A DNA stretch of 64,000 nt. Origin: Camelus dromedarius. Lineage: Eukaryota. Made by a program: the position numbers and the translations under genes. The stretch covers positions 1,922,001-1,986,000 of the forward strand of contig NC_087436.1 in the NCBI RefSeq assembly GCF_036321535.1, given 5' to 3'. The notes below the pieces were generated by a model. The model had not been told where the DNA came from. It saw only the letters and a list, made by a program, of their open reading frames with translations, and did not search any database. This document shows positions 39,480 through 53,919 of this stretch, piece by piece (position 1 is the first letter of the stretch; every line of letters begins with the position of its first letter).

Positions 39480-41470
39480 CTGAAAAGAAACTTTGTGTTC
39501 CCAACAAGCTAGGTGAAGGACGGCTTTCACACACACTTATCTCTCAGAAATGAGCATGTGGAGAGACGTTCGTTCATCTAGCACAAAGGGAACGGGTTGC
39601 AGGTTAAACTTTTACTCTGGTTTCTCAGTCTGTTTCCTAGTGCCGGTTTGAACTTCCTGCAGTTTTCACTGTAAAAACGTGTTGGAGCTAGTACCTCCCC
39701 ATATATATTTATGGAGAGGGGTTTACAACTGAAAAGAAACTATGTGTTCCCAACAAGCTAGGTGAAGTGCGGCTTTCACACCCAATTATCTCTCAGAACT
39801 GAGCATGTGGAGAGTCATTATTTCATCTAGCACAAAGGGAAAGGGTTGCAGGAGAAACTTTTACTATGGTTTCTCAGTCTGTTTCCTAGTGCCGGTTTGA
39901 AGTTCCTGCAGTTTTCATTGTAAAACCGAGTTGGGGCAAGTACCTACCCTTATATATGTATGGAATGGAATTTGCATCTTAAAAGAAACTTTGTGTTACC
40001 AAGAAGCTACGTGAAGGACGGCTTTCACACACACTTATCTCTCAGAACTGAGCATGTGGAGAGACGTTCGTTCATCTAGCACAAAGGGAAAGTGTTGCAG
40101 GAGAAAATTTTACTCTGGTTTCTCAATTTTTTTCCTAGTGGCGGTTTGAAGTTCCTGCAGTATTCACTGTAAAACCGAGTTGGAGCTAGTACATCCCCAT
40201 ATATATGTATGGAGTGTAGTATGCAACTGAAAAGAAACATGTGTTCCCAACAAGCTAGTTGAAGGACGGCTTTCACACACACTTATCTCTCAGAAATGAG
40301 CATGTGGAGAGACGTTCGTTCATCAAGCCCAAAGGGAACGGGTTGCAGGAGAAACTTTTACTCTGTTTCTCAGTCTGTTTCCTAGTGCCGGTTTGAAGTT
40401 CCTGCAGTTTTCACTGTAAAACCGAGTTGGAGCTAGTACCTCCCCATATATATGTATGGAGTGGAGTTTGCAACTGAAAAGAAACTTCGTGTTCCCAACA
40501 AGCTAGGTGAAGGACGGCTTTCACACACACTTATCTCTCAGAAATGAGCATGTGGAGAGACGTTCGTTCATCTAGCACAAAGGGAACGGGTTGCAGGTTA
40601 AACTTTTACTCTGGTTTCTCAGTCTGTTTCCTAGTGCCGGTTTGAACTTCCTGCAGTTTTCACTGTAAAAACGTGTTGGAGCTAGTACCTCCCCATATAT
40701 ATTTATGGAGAGGGGTTTACAACAGAAAAGAAACTATGTGTTCCCAACAAGCTAGGTGAAGTGCGGCTTTCACACCCAATTATCTCTCAGAACTGAGCAT
40801 GTGGAGAGTCATTATTTCATCTAGCACAAAGGGAAAGGGTTGCAGGAGAAACTTTTACTATGGTTTCTCAGTCTGTTTCCTAGTGCCGGTTTGAAGTTCC
40901 TGCAGTTTTCATTGTAAAACCGAGTTGGGGCAAGTACCTACCCTTATATATGTATGGAATGGAATTTGCATCTTAAAAGAAACTTTGTGTTACCAAGAAG
41001 CTACGTGAAGGACGGCTTTCACACACACTTATCTCTCAGAACTGAGCATGTGGAGAGACGTTCGTTCATCTAGCACAAAGGGAAAGTGTTGCAGGAGAAA
41101 ATTTTACTCTGGTTTCTCAATTTTTTTCCTAGTGCCGGTTTGAAGTTCCTGCAGTATTCACTGTAAAACCGAGTTGGAGCTAGTACATCCCCATATATAT
41201 GTATGGAGTGTAGTATGCAACTGAAAAGAAACATGTGTTCCCAACAAGCTAGTTGAAGGACGGCTTTCACACACACTTATCTCTCAGAAATGAGCATGTG
41301 GAGAGACGTTCGTTCATCAAGCCCAAAGGGAACGGGTTGCAGGAGAAACTTTTACTCTGTTTCTCAGTCTGTTTCCTAGTGCCGGTTTGAAGTTCCTGCA
41401 GTTTTCACTGTAAAACCGAGTTGGAGCTAGTACCTCCCCATATATATGTATGGAGTGGAGTTTGCAACTG
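39480..41470 (+). repeat. Recent tandem 4-mer duplication (994 bp)
   Basis: ORF pair 40076/41070 is offset by 994. Shared private variants GTAAAAACGTG, GGAGAGGGGTTTAC, AAACTATGTG, CAAGCCCAAAG and GTAGTATGCA. I spotted only ~3 differences. Confidence 0.93.
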
Positions 41471-43299
41471 AAAAGAAACTTTGTGTTCCCAACAAGCTAG
41501 GTGAAGTACGGCTTTCAGACACTATTATCTCTCAGAATTGAGCATGTGGAGAGTCATTCGTTCATCTAGCACAAAGGGAACGGTTTGCAGTAGAAACTTT
41601 TACTCTGGATTCTCAGTCTGTTTCCTAGTGCCGGTTTGAAGTTCCTGCAGTTTTCACTGTAAAACCGAGTTGGAGCTAGTACCAACCCATATATATGTGT
41701 GGAGTGGAGTTTGCAACTGAAAAGAAACTTTGTGTTCCCAACAAGCTAGTTGAAGGACGGCTTTCACACACACTTATCTCTCAGAAATGAGCATGTGGAG
41801 AGACGTTCGTTCATCTAGCAAAAAGGGAACAGGTTGCAGGAGAAACTCTTACTCTGGTTTCTCAGACTGTTTCCTAGTGCCAGTTTGAAGTTCCTGCACT
41901 TTTCACTGTAAAACCGATTTGGAGCTAGTACCTCCCCATATATATGTATGGAGTGGAGTTTGCAACTGAAAAGAAACTTTGTGTTACCAAGAAGCTAGGT
42001 GAAGGACGGCTTTCACACAAACTTATCTCTAAGAACTGAGCATGTGGAGAGACGTTCGTTCATCAAGCACAAAAGGAACGGGCTGCAGGAAAACTTTTAC
42101 TCTGTTTCTCAGTCTGTTTCCTTGTGCCGGTTTGAAGTTCCTGCAGTTTTCATTGTAAAACCGAGCTGGAGCTAGTACCTCCCAATATATATGTATGGAG
42201 TGGAGTTTGCAACTGAAAAGAAACATGTGTTCCCAACCAGCTAGTTGAAGGACGGCTTTCACACACACTTATCTCTCAGAAATGAGCATGTGGAGACACG
42301 TTCGTTCATCAAGCACAAAGGGAACGGGTTGCAGGAGAAACTTTTACTCTGTTTCTCAGTCTGTTTCCTAGTGCCGGTTTGAAGTTCCTGCAGTTTTTAC
42401 TGTAAAACAGAGTTGGAGCTAGTACCTCCCCATATATATGTATGGAGTGGAGTTTGCAACTGAAAAGAAACTTTGTGTTCCCAACAAGCTAGGTGAAGGA
42501 CGGCTTTCACACACACTTATCTCTCAGAAATGAGCATGTGGAGAGACGTTCGTTCATCTAGCACAAAGGGAACGGGTTGCAGGTTAAACTTTTACTCTGG
42601 TTTCTCAGTCTGTTTCCTAGTGCCGGTTTGAAGTTCCTGCAGATTTCACTGTAAAACCGTGTTGGAGCTTGTACCACCCCATATATATTTATGGAGAGGA
42701 GTTTACAACTGAAAAGAAACTTTGTGTTCCCAACAAGCTAGGTGAAGTGCGGCTTTCACACCCAATTATCTCTCAGAACTGAGCATGTGGAGAGTCATTC
42801 GTTCATCTAGCACAAAGTGAAAGGGTTGCAGGAGAAACTTTTACCATGGATTCTCAGTTTGTTTCCTATTGTCGGTTTGAAGTTCCTGCAGTTTTCATTG
42901 TAAAACCGAGTTGGGGCTAGTACCTACCCTTATATATGTATGGAATGGAGTTTGCATCTGAAAAGAAACTTTGTGTTCCCAACAAGGTAGTTGAAGACGG
43001 CTTTCACACACAATTATCTCTCAGAACTGAGCCTGTGGAGAGAAGTTCGTTCATCTAGCACAAAGGGAACGGGTTGCAGGAGAAAGTTATTCTCTGGTTT
43101 CTCAGTCTGTTTCCTAGTGCCGGGTTGAAGTTCCTGCAGTTTTCACTGTAAAACAGAGTTTGGGCTTGTACCTCCCCATATATATATATGGAGTGGAGTT
43201 TGCAACTGAAAAGAAACTTTGTGTTCCCAACAAGCTTGGTGAAGGACGGCTTTCACACACAATTATCTCTCAGAAATGAGCATGTGGAGAGACGTTCGT

Positions 43300-46200
43300 T
43301 CATCTAGCACAAAGGGAACGGGTTGCAGGTTAAACTTTTACTCTGGTTTCTCAGTCTGTTTCCTAGTGCCGGTTTGAAGTTCCTGCAGTTTTCACTGTAA
43401 AACCGTGTTGGAGCTTGTACCTCCCCATATATATATATGGAGAGGAGTTTACAACTGAAAAGAAACTTTGTGTTCCCAACAAGCTAGGTGAAGTGCGGCT
43501 TTCACACCCAATTATCTCTCAGAACTGAGCATGTGGAGAGTCATTCGTTCATCTAGCACAAAGTGAAAGGGTTGCAGGAGAAACTTTTACTATGGTTTCT
43601 CAGTCTGTTTCCTAGTGTCGGTTTGAAGTTCCTGCAGTTTTCATTGTAAAACCGAGTTGGGGCTAGTACCTACCCTTATATATGTATGGAATGGGGTTTG
43701 CATCTGAAAAGAAACTTTGTGTTCCCAACAAGGTAGTTGAAGACGGCTTTCACACACTATTATCTCTCAGAACTGAGCATGTGGAGAGAGGTTCGTTCAT
43801 CTAGCACAAAGGGAACGGGTTGCAGGAGAAAGTTATTCTCTGGTTTCTCAGTCTGTTTCCTAGTGCCGGGTTGAAGTTCCTGCAGTTTTCACTCTAAAAC
43901 AGAGTTTGGGCTTGTACCTCCCCATATATATATATGGAGTGGAGTTTGCAACTGAAAAGAAACTTTGTGTTCCCAACAAGCTACGTGAAGGACGGCTTTC
44001 ACACACACTTATCTCTCAGAACTGAGCATGTGGAGAGACGTTCGTTCACCTAGCAAAAATGGAACGAGTTGCAGGAGTAACTATTACTCTGGTTTCTCAG
44101 TCTGATTCCTAGTGCCATTTTGAAGTTCTTGCAGTTTTCAGTCTAATACCGTGTTGGAGCTAGTACCTCCCCATAAATATGTGTGGAGTGGAATTTGCTA
44201 CTGAAAAGAAACTTTGTGTTCCCAACAAGCTAGGTGAAGGACGGCTTTCACACAAATATATCTCTCAGAACTGAGCATGTGGAGAGTCGTTCGTTCATCT
44301 AGCACAAAGGGAACGGGTTTCAGGAGAAACAATTACTCTGGTTTCTCAGTCTGTTTCCTACTGCCGGTTTGAAGTTAATGAAGATTTCACTGTAAAACCG
44401 AGTTGGAGCTAGTACCTCCCCATATATATGTATGGAGTGGAGTTTGCAACTGCAAAGAAACATGTGTTCCAAACAAGCTAGTTGAAGGACGGCTTTCACA
44501 CACACTTATCTCTCAGAAATGAGCATGTGGAGAGACGTTCCTTCATCAAGCACAAAGGGAACGGGTTGCAGGAGAAACTTTTACTCTGTTTCTCAGTCTG
44601 TTTCCTAGTGCCGGTTTGAAGTTCCTGCAGTTTTCACTGTAAAACCGAGTTGGGGCTAGTACCTCCCAATATATATTTATGGAGTGGAGTTTGCAACTGA
44701 AAAGAAATTTTGTGTTCCCAAAAAGCTTGGTGAAGGACGGCTTTCACACACACTTATCTCTCAGAAATGAGCATGTGGAGAGACGTTCGTTCATCAAGCA
44801 CAAATGGAACGGGTTGCAGGTGAAACTTTTACTCTGTTTCTCAGTCTGTTTCCTAGTGCCGGTTTGAAGTTCCTGCAGTTTTCACTGTAAAACCGAGTTG
44901 GAGCTAGTACCTCCCCATATATATGTATGGAGTGGAGTTTGCAACTGAAAAGAAACTTTGTGTTCCCAACAAGCTAGGTGAAGGACGGCTTTCACACACA
45001 CTTATCTCTCAGAAATGAGCATGTGGAGAGACGTTCGTTCATCTAGCACAAAGGGAACGGGTTGCAGGTTAAACTTTTACTCTGGTTTCTCAGTCTGTTT
45101 CCTAGTTCCGGTTTGAAGTTCCTGCAGTTTTCACTGTAAAACCGTGTTGGAGCTTGTACCTCCCCATATATATTTATGGAGAGGAGTTTACAACTGAAAA
45201 GAAACTTTGTGTTCCCAACAAGCTAGGTGAAGTGCGGCTTTCACACCCAATTATCTCTCAGAACTTAGCATGTGGAGAGTCATTCGTTCATCTAGCACAA
45301 AGTGAAAGGGTTGCAGGAGAAACTTTTACTATGGTTTCTCAGTCTGTTTCCTAGTGCCGGTTTGAAGTTCCTGCAGTTTTCATTGTAAAACAGAGTTGGG
45401 GCTAGTACCTACCCTTATATATGTATGGAATGGAGTTTGCATCTGAAAAGAAACTTTGTGTTCCCAACAAGGTAGTTGAAGACGGCTTTCACACACACAT
45501 ATCTCTCAGAACTGAGCATGTGGAGAGAGGTTCGTTCATCTAGCACAAAGGGAACGGGTTGCAGGAGAAAGTTATTCTCTGGTTTCTCAGTCTGTTTCCT
45601 AGTGCCGGGTTGAAGTTCCTGCAGTTTTCACTGTAAAACAGAGTTTGGGCTTTTACCTCCCCATATATATATATGGGGTGGAGTTTGCAACTGAAAAGAA
45701 ACTTTGTGTTCCCAACAAGCTATGTGAAGGACGGCTTTCACACACACTTATCTCTCAGAACTGAGCATGTGGAGAGACGTTCGTTCACCTAGCAAAAATG
45801 GAACGAGTTGCAGGAGTAACTATTACTCTGGTTTCTCAGTATGATTCCTAGTGCCATTTTGAAGTTCTTGCAGTTTTCACTGTAATACCGAGTTGGAGCT
45901 AGTACCTCCCCATAAATATGTGTGGAGTGGAATTTGCTACTGAAAAGAAACTTTGTGTTCCCAACAAGCTAGGTGAAGGACGGCTTTCACACACAATTAT
46001 CTCTCAGAACTGAGCATGTGGAGAGTGGTTCGTTCATCTTGCACAAAGGGAACGTGTTTCAGGAGAAACATTTACTCTGGTTTCTCAGTCTGTTTCCTAT
46101 TGCCGGTTTGAAATTAATGAAGATTTCACTGTAAAACCGAGTTGGAGCTAGTACCTCCCCATATATATGTATGGAGTGGAGTTTGCAACTGCAAAGAAAC

Positions 46201-49200
46201 ATGTGTTCCCAACAAGCTAGTTGAAGGACGGCTTTCACACACACTTATCTCTCAGAAATGAGCATGTGGAGAGACGTTCGTTCATCAAGCACAAAGGGAA
46301 CGGGTTGCAGGAGAAACTTTTACTCTGTTTCTCAGTCTGTTTCCTAGTGCCGGTTTGAAGTTCCTGCAGTTTTCACTGTAAAACCGAGTTGGGGCTAGTA
46401 CCTCCCAATATATATTTATGGATTGGAGTTTGCAACTGAAAAGAAACTTTGTGTTCCCAAAAAGCTAGGTGAAGGACGGCTTTCACACACACTTATCTCT
46501 CAGAAATGAGCATGTGGAGAGACGTTCGTTCATCAAGCACAAAGGGAACGGGTTGCAGGAGAAACTTTTACTCTGTTTCTCAGTCTGTTTCCTAGTGCCG
46601 GTTTGAAGTTCCTGCAGTTTTCACTGTAAAACCGAGTTGGAGCTAGTACCTCCCCATATATATGTATGGAGTGGAGTTTGCAACTGAAAAGAAACTTTGT
46701 GTTCCCAACAAGCTAGGTGAAGGACGGCTTTCACACACACTTATCTCTCAGAAATGAGCATGTGGAGAGACGTTCGTTCATCTAGCACAAAGGGAACGGG
46801 TTGCAGGTTAAACTTTTACTCTGGTTTCTCAGTCTGTTTCCTAGTTCCGGTTTGAAGTTCCTGCAGTTTTCACTTTAAAACCGTGTTGGAGCTTGTACCT
46901 CCCAATATATATTTATGGAGAGGAGTTTACAACTGAAAAGAAACTTTGTGTTCCCAACAAGCTAGGTGAAGTGCGGCTTTCACACCCAATTATCTCTCAG
47001 AACTTAGCATGTGGAGAGTCATTCGTTCATCTAGCACAAAGTGAAAGGGTTGCAGGAGAAACTTTTACTATGGTTTCTCAGTCTGTTTCCTAGTGCCGGT
47101 TTGAAGTTCCTGCAGTTTTCATTGTAAAACAGAGTTGGGGCTAGTACCTACCCTTATATATGTATGGAATGGAGTTTGCATCTGAAAAGAAACTTTGTGT
47201 TCCCAACAAGGTAGTTGAAGACGGCTTTCACACACACTTATCTCTCAGAACTGAGCATGTGGAGAGAGGTTCGTTCATCTAGCACAAAGGGAACGGGTTG
47301 CAGGAGAAAGTTATTCTCTGGTTTCTCAGTCTGTTTCCTAGTGCCGGGTTGAAGTTCCTGCAGTTTTCACTGTAAACAGAGTTTGGGCTTTTACCTCCCC
47401 ATATATATATATGGGGTGGAGTTTGCAACTGAAAAGAAACTTTGTGTTCCCAACAAGCTATGTGAAGGACGGCTTTCACACACACTTATCTCTCAGAACT
47501 GAGCATGTGGAGAGACGTTCGTTCACCTAGCAAAAATGGAACGAGTTGCAGGAGTAACTATTACTCTGGTTTCTCAGTCTGATTCCTAGTGCCATTTTGA
47601 AGTTCTTGCAGTTTTCACTGTAATACCGAGTTGGAGCTAGTACCTCCCCATAAATATGTGTGGAGTGAAATTTGCTACTGAAAAGAAACTTTGTGTTCCC
47701 AACAAGCTAGGTGAAGGACGGCTTTCACACACAATTATCTCTCAGAACTGAGCATGTGGAGAGTCGTTCGTTCATCTTGCACAAAGGGAACGTGTTTCAG
47801 GAGAAACATTTACTCTGGTTTCTCAGTCTGTTTCCTATTGCCGGTTTGAAATTAATGAAGATTTCACTGTAAAACCGAATTGGAGCTAGTACCTCCCCAT
47901 ATATATGTATGGAGTGGAGTTTGCAACTGAAAAGAAACTTTGTGTTCCCAACAAGCTAGGTGAAGGACGGCTTTCACACACACTTATCTCTCAGAAATGA
48001 GCATGTGGAGAGACGTTCGTTCATCTAGCAAAAAGGGAACAGGTTGCAGGAGAAACTCTTACTCTGGTTTCTCAGTCTGTTTCCTAGTGCCAGTTTGAAG
48101 TTCCTGCAATTTTCACTGTAAAACCGATTTGGAGCTAGTACCTCCCCATTTATATGTATGGAGTGTAGTTGGCAACAGAAAAGAAACTTTGTGTTACCAA
48201 AAAGGTAGGTGAAGGACGGCTTTCACACACACTTATCTCTCAGATCTGAGCATGTGGAGAGACGTTCGTTCATCAAGCACAAATGGAACGGGCTGCAGGA
48301 GAACTTTTAATCTGTTTCTCAGTCTGTTTCCTAGTGCCGGTTTGAAGTTCCTGCAGTTTTCATTGTAAAACCGAGTTGGAGCTAGTACCTCCCCATATAT
48401 ATGTATGGAGTGGAGTTTGCAACTGAAAAGAAACTCTGTGTTCCCAAATAGCTAGGTGAAGGACCACTTTCACACACAATTATCTCTCAGAACTGAGCAT
48501 GTGGAGAGACTGTCGTTCACCTAGGAAAAAGGGAACGAGTTGCAGGTGTAAATTTTACTCTGGTTTCTCAGTATATTTCCTAGTGCCATTTTTAACTTCT
48601 TGCAGTTTTCACTGTAATACCGATTTGTAGCTAGTACACCCCATATATATGTATGGAGTGGAGTTTGCAACTGAAAAGAAACTTTGTGTTCCCAACAAGC
48701 AAGTTGAAGGACGGGTTTCACACACACATATCTCTCAGAACTGAGCATGTGGAGAGACGTTCGTTCATCTAGCACAAAGGGAACGGGTTGCAGAAGAAAC
48801 TTTTTCTCTGTATTCTCAGTCTGTTTCCTAGTGCCGATTTGAAGTTCCTGCTGTTTTCACTGTAAAACCGAGTTGGGGCTAGTACCTAGCCATATATATG
48901 TATGGAGTGGAGTTTGCATCTGAAAAGAAACATTGTGTTCAACACAAGCTAGCTGAAGGACGGCTTTCACACACACTTATCTCTCAGAACTCAGCATGTG
49001 GAGAGACGTTCGTTCATAAAGCACAAAGGGAACGGGTTGCAGGAGAAACTTTTACTCTGTTTCTCAGTCTGTTTCCTAGTGCCGGTTTGAAGTTCCTGCA
49101 GTTTTCACTGTAAAACCGAGTTGGGGCTAGTACCTCCCAATATATATTTATGGAGTGGAGTTTGCAACTGAAAAGAAATTTTGTGTTCCCAAAAAGCTTG

Positions 49201-52200
49201 GTGAAGGACGGCTTTCACACACACTTATCTCTCAGAAATGAGCATGTGGAGAGACGTTCGTTCATCAAGCACAAAGGGAACGGGTTGCAGGTGAAACTTT
49301 TACTCTGTTTCTCAGTCTGTTTCCTAGTGCCGGTTTGAAGTTCCTGCAGTTTTCACTGTAAAACCGAGTTGGAGCTAGTACCTCCCCATATATATGTATG
49401 GAGTGGAGTTTGCAACTGAAAAGAAACTTTGTGTTCCCAACAAGCTAGGTGAAGGACGGCTTTCACACACCCTTATCTCTCAGAAATGAGCATGTGGAGA
49501 GACGTTCGTTCATCTAGCACAAAGGGAACGGGTTGCAGGTTAAACTTTTACTCTGGTTTCTCAGTCTGTTTCCTAGTTCCGGTTTGAAGTTCCTGCAGTT
49601 TTCACTGTAAAACCGTGTTGGAGCTTGTACCTCCCCATATATATTTATGGAGAGGAGTTTACAACTGAAAAGAAACTTTGTGTTCCCAACAAGCTAGGTG
49701 AAGTGCGGCTTTCACACCCAATTATCTCTCAGAACTTAGCATGTGGAGAGTCATTCGTTCATCTAGCACAAAGTGAAAGGGTTGCAGGAGAAACTTTTAC
49801 TATGGTTTCTCAGTCTGTTTCCTAGTGCCGGTTTGAAGTTCCTGCAGTTTTCATTGTAAAACAGAGTTGGGGCTAGTACCTACCCTTATATATGTATGGA
49901 ATGGAGTTTGCATCTGAAAAGAAACTTTGTGTTCCCAACAAGGTAGTTGAAGACGGCTTTCACACACACATATCTCTCAGAACTGAGCATGTGGAGAGAG
50001 GTTCGTTCATCTAGCACAAAGGGAACGGGTTGCAGGAGAAAGTTATTCTCTGGTTTCTCAGTCTGTTTCCTAGTGCCGGGTTGAAGTTCCTGCAGTTTTC
50101 ACTGTAAAACAGAGTTTGGGCTTTTACCTCCCCATATATATATATGGGGTGGAGTTTGCAACTGAAAAGAAACTTTGTGTTCCCAACAAGCTATTTGAAG
50201 GACGGCTTTCACACACACTTATCTCTCAGAACTGAGCATGTGGAGAGACGTTCGTTCACCTAGCAAAAATGGAACGAGTTGCAGGAGTAACTATTACTCT
50301 GGTTTCTCAGTCTGATTCCTAGTGCCATTTTGAAGTTCTTGCAGTTTTCACTGTAATACCGAGTTGGAGCTAGTACCTCCCCATAAATATGTGTGGAGTG
50401 GAATTTGCTACTGAAAAGAAACTTTGTGTTCCCAACAAGCTAGGTGAAGGACGGCTTTCACACACAATTATCTCTCAGAACTGAGCATGTGGAGAGTGGT
50501 TCGTTCATCTTGCACAAAGGGAACGTGTTTCAGGAGAAACATTTACTCTGGTTTCTCAGTCTGTTTCCTAGTGCCGGTTTGAAGTACCTGCAGTTTTCAC
50601 TGTAAAACCGAGTTGGGGCTAGTACCTCCCAATATATATTTATGGAGTGGAGTTTGCAACTGAAAAGAAACTTTGTGTTCCCAAAAAGCTAGGTGAAGGA
50701 CGGCTTTCACACACACTTATCTCTCAGAAATGAGCATGTGGAGAGACGTTCGTTCATCAAGCACAAAGGGAACGGGTTGCAGGAGAAACTTTTACTCTGT
50801 TTCTCAGTCTGTTTCCTAGTGCCGGTTTGAAGTTCCTGCAGTTTTCACTGTAAAACCGAGTTGGAGCTAGTACCTCCCCATATATATGTATGGAGTGGAG
50901 TTTGCAACTGAAAAGAAACTTTGTGTTCCCAACAAGCTAGGTGAAGGACGGCTTTCACACACACTTATCTCTCAGAAATGAGCATGTGGAGAGACGTTCG
51001 TTCATCTAGCACAAAGGGAACGGGTTGCAGGTTAAACTTTTACTCTGGTTTCTCAGTCTGTTTCCTAGTTCCGGTTTGAAGTTCCTGCAGTTTTCACTGT
51101 AAAACCGTGTTGGAGCTTGTACCTCCCCATATATATTTATGGAGAGGAGTTTACAACTGAAAAGAAACTTTGTGTTCCCAACAAGCTAGGTGAAGTGCGG
51201 CTTTCACACCCAATTATCTCTCAGAACTTAGCATGTGGAGAGTCATTCGTTCATCTAGCACAAAGTGAAAGGGTTGCAGGAGAAACTTTTACTATGGTTT
51301 CTCAGTCTGTTTCCTAGTGCCGGTTTGAAGTTCCTGCAGTTTTCATTGTAAAACAGAGTTGGGGCTAGTACCTACCCTTATATATGTATGGAATGGAGTT
51401 TGCATCTGAAAAGAAACTTTGTGTTCCCAACAAGGTAGTTGAAGACGGCTTTCACACACACTTATCTCTCAGAACTGAGCATGTGGAGAGAGGTTCGTTC
51501 ATCTAGCACAAAGGGAACGGGTTGCAGGAGAAAGTTATTCTCTGGTTTCTCAGTCTGTTTCCTAGTGCCGGGTTGAAGTTCCTGCAGTTTTCACTGTAAA
51601 ACAGAGTTTGGGCTTTTACCTCCTCATATATATATATATGGGGTGGAGTTTGCAACTGAAAAGAAACTTTGTGTTCCCAACAAGCTATGTGAAGGACGGC
51701 TTTCACACACACTTATCTCTCAGAACTGAGCATGTGGAGAGACGTTCGTTCACCTAGCAAAAATGGAACGAGTTGCAGGAGTAACTATTACTCTGGTTTC
51801 TCAGTCTGTTTCCTAGTGCCATTTTGAAGTTCTTGCAGTTTTCACTGTAATAAAGAGTTGGAGCTAGTACCTCCCCATAAATATGTGTGGAGTGGAATTT
51901 GCTACTGAAAAGAAACTTTGTGTTCCCAACAAGCTAGGTGAAGGACGGCTTTCACACACAATTATCTCTCAGAACTGAGCATGTGGAGAGTCGTTCGTTC
52001 ATCTTGCACAAAGGGAACGTGTTTCAGGAGAAACATTTACTCTGGTTTCTCAGTCTGTTTCCTATTGCCGGTTTGAAATTAATGAAGATTTCACTGTAAA
52101 ACCGAATTGGAGCTAGTACCTCCCCATATATATGTATGGAGTGGAGTTTGCAACTGAAAAGAAACATGTGTTCCCAACAAGCTAGTTGAAGGACGGCTTT

Positions 52201-52300
52201 CACACACACTTATCTCTCAGAAATGAGCATGTGGAGAGACGTTCGTTCATCAAGCACAAAGGGAACGGGTTGCAGGAGAAACTTTTACTCTGTTTCTCAG
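43300..52300 (+). repeat. 7-mer (~1739 bp) higher-order-repeat-like domain with 6-mer and 11-mer length variants
   Basis: The marker GCAGGTTAAAC lies near 43324, 45064, 46803, 49535 and 51027 (spacings ~1740, 1739, 2732, 1492). ORF pairs 44320/46059 and 45154/46893 are offset by 1739. Confidence 0.87.
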
Positions 52301-53750
52301 TCTGTTTCCTAGTGCCGGTTTGAAGTTCCTGCAGTTTTCACTGTAAAACCGAGTTGGAGCTAGTACCTCCCCATATATATATATGGAGTGGAGTTTGCAA
52401 CTGAAAAGAAACTTTGTGTTCCCAACAAGCTAGGTGAAGGACGGCTTTCAGACACAATTATCTCTCAGAATTGAGCATGTGGAGAGTCATTCGTTCATCT
52501 AGCACAAAGGGAACGGTTTGCAGGAGAAACTTTTACTCTGGATTCTCAGTCTGTTTCCTAGTGCCGGTTTGAAGTTCCTGCAGTTTTCACTGTAAAACCG
52601 AGTTGGAGCTAGTACCAACCCATATATATGTATGGAGTGGAGTTTGCAACTGAAAAGAAACTTTGTGTTCCCAACAAGCTAGGTGAAGGACGGCTTTCAC
52701 ACACACTTATCTCTCAGAAATGAGCATGTGGAGAGACGTTCGTTCATCTAGCAAAAAGGGAACAGGTTGCAGGAGAAACTCTTACTCTGGTTTCTCAGTC
52801 TGTTTCCTAGTGCCAGTTTGAAGTTCCTGCAGTTTTCACTGTAAAACCGATTTGGAGCTAGTACCTCCCCATTTATATGTATGGAGTGTAGTTGGCAACA
52901 GAAAAGAAACTTTGTGTTACCAAAAAGCTAGGTGAAGGACGGCTTTCACACACACTTATCTCTCACAACTGAGCATGTGGAGAGACGTTCGTTCATCAAG
53001 CACAAAAGGAACGGGCTGCAGGAGAACTTTTAATCTGTTTCTCAGTCTGTTTCCTAGTGCCGGGTTGAAGTTCCTGCAGTTTTCATTGTAAAACCGAGTT
53101 GGAGCTAGTACCTCCCCATATATATGTATGGAGTGGAGTTTGCAACTGAAAAGAAACTCTGTGTTCCCAAATAGCTAGGTGAAGGACGGCTTTCACACAC
53201 AATTATCTCTCAGAACTGAGCATGTGGAGAGACTGTCGTTCACCTAGGAAAAAGGGAACGAGTTGCAGGGGTAAATTTTACTCTGGTTTCTCAGTATATT
53301 TCCTAGTGCCATTTTTAACTTCTTACAGTTTTCACTGTAATACCGATTTGTAGCTAGTACACCCCATATATATGTATGGAGTGGAGTTTCCAACTGAAAA
53401 GAAACTTTGTGTTCCCAACAAGCAAGTTGAAGGACGGGTTTCACACACACATATCTCTCAGAACTGAGCATGTGGAGAGACGTTCGTTCATCTAGCACAA
53501 AGGGAACGGGTTGCAGAAGAAACTTTTTCTCTGTATTCTCAGTCTGTTTCCTAGTGCCGATCTGAAGTTCCTGCTGTTTTCACTGTAAAACCGAGTTGGG
53601 GCTAGTACCTACCCATATATATGTATGGAGTGGAGTTTGCATCTGAAAAGAAACATTGTGTTCCCCACAAGCTAGGTGAAGGACGGCTTTCACACACACT
53701 TATCTCTCAGAACTCAGCATGTGGAGAGACGTTCGTTCATAAAGCAAAAA
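47900..53750 (+). repeat. Duplication at 19-monomer offset (4723 bp): ~47900-49020 vs ~52620-53740
   Basis: ORF pairs 48521/53244 and 48898/53621 are offset by 4723. Shared GTAGTTGGCAACAGAA, CCCAAATAGC, GACTGTCGTT and CCATTTTTAACTTC. Confidence 0.88.
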
Positions 53751-53919
53751 TGAAACGCGTTGCAGGAGAAACTTTAACTCTGTTTGTCAGTCTGTTTCCT
53801 AGTGCCGTTTTGAAGTTCCTGCAGTTTTCACTGTAAAACCGAGTTGGAGCTAGTTCCTCCCCATATATATGTATGGAGTGGAGTTTGCAACTGAAAAGAA
53901 ACTTTGTGTTCCCAACAAG

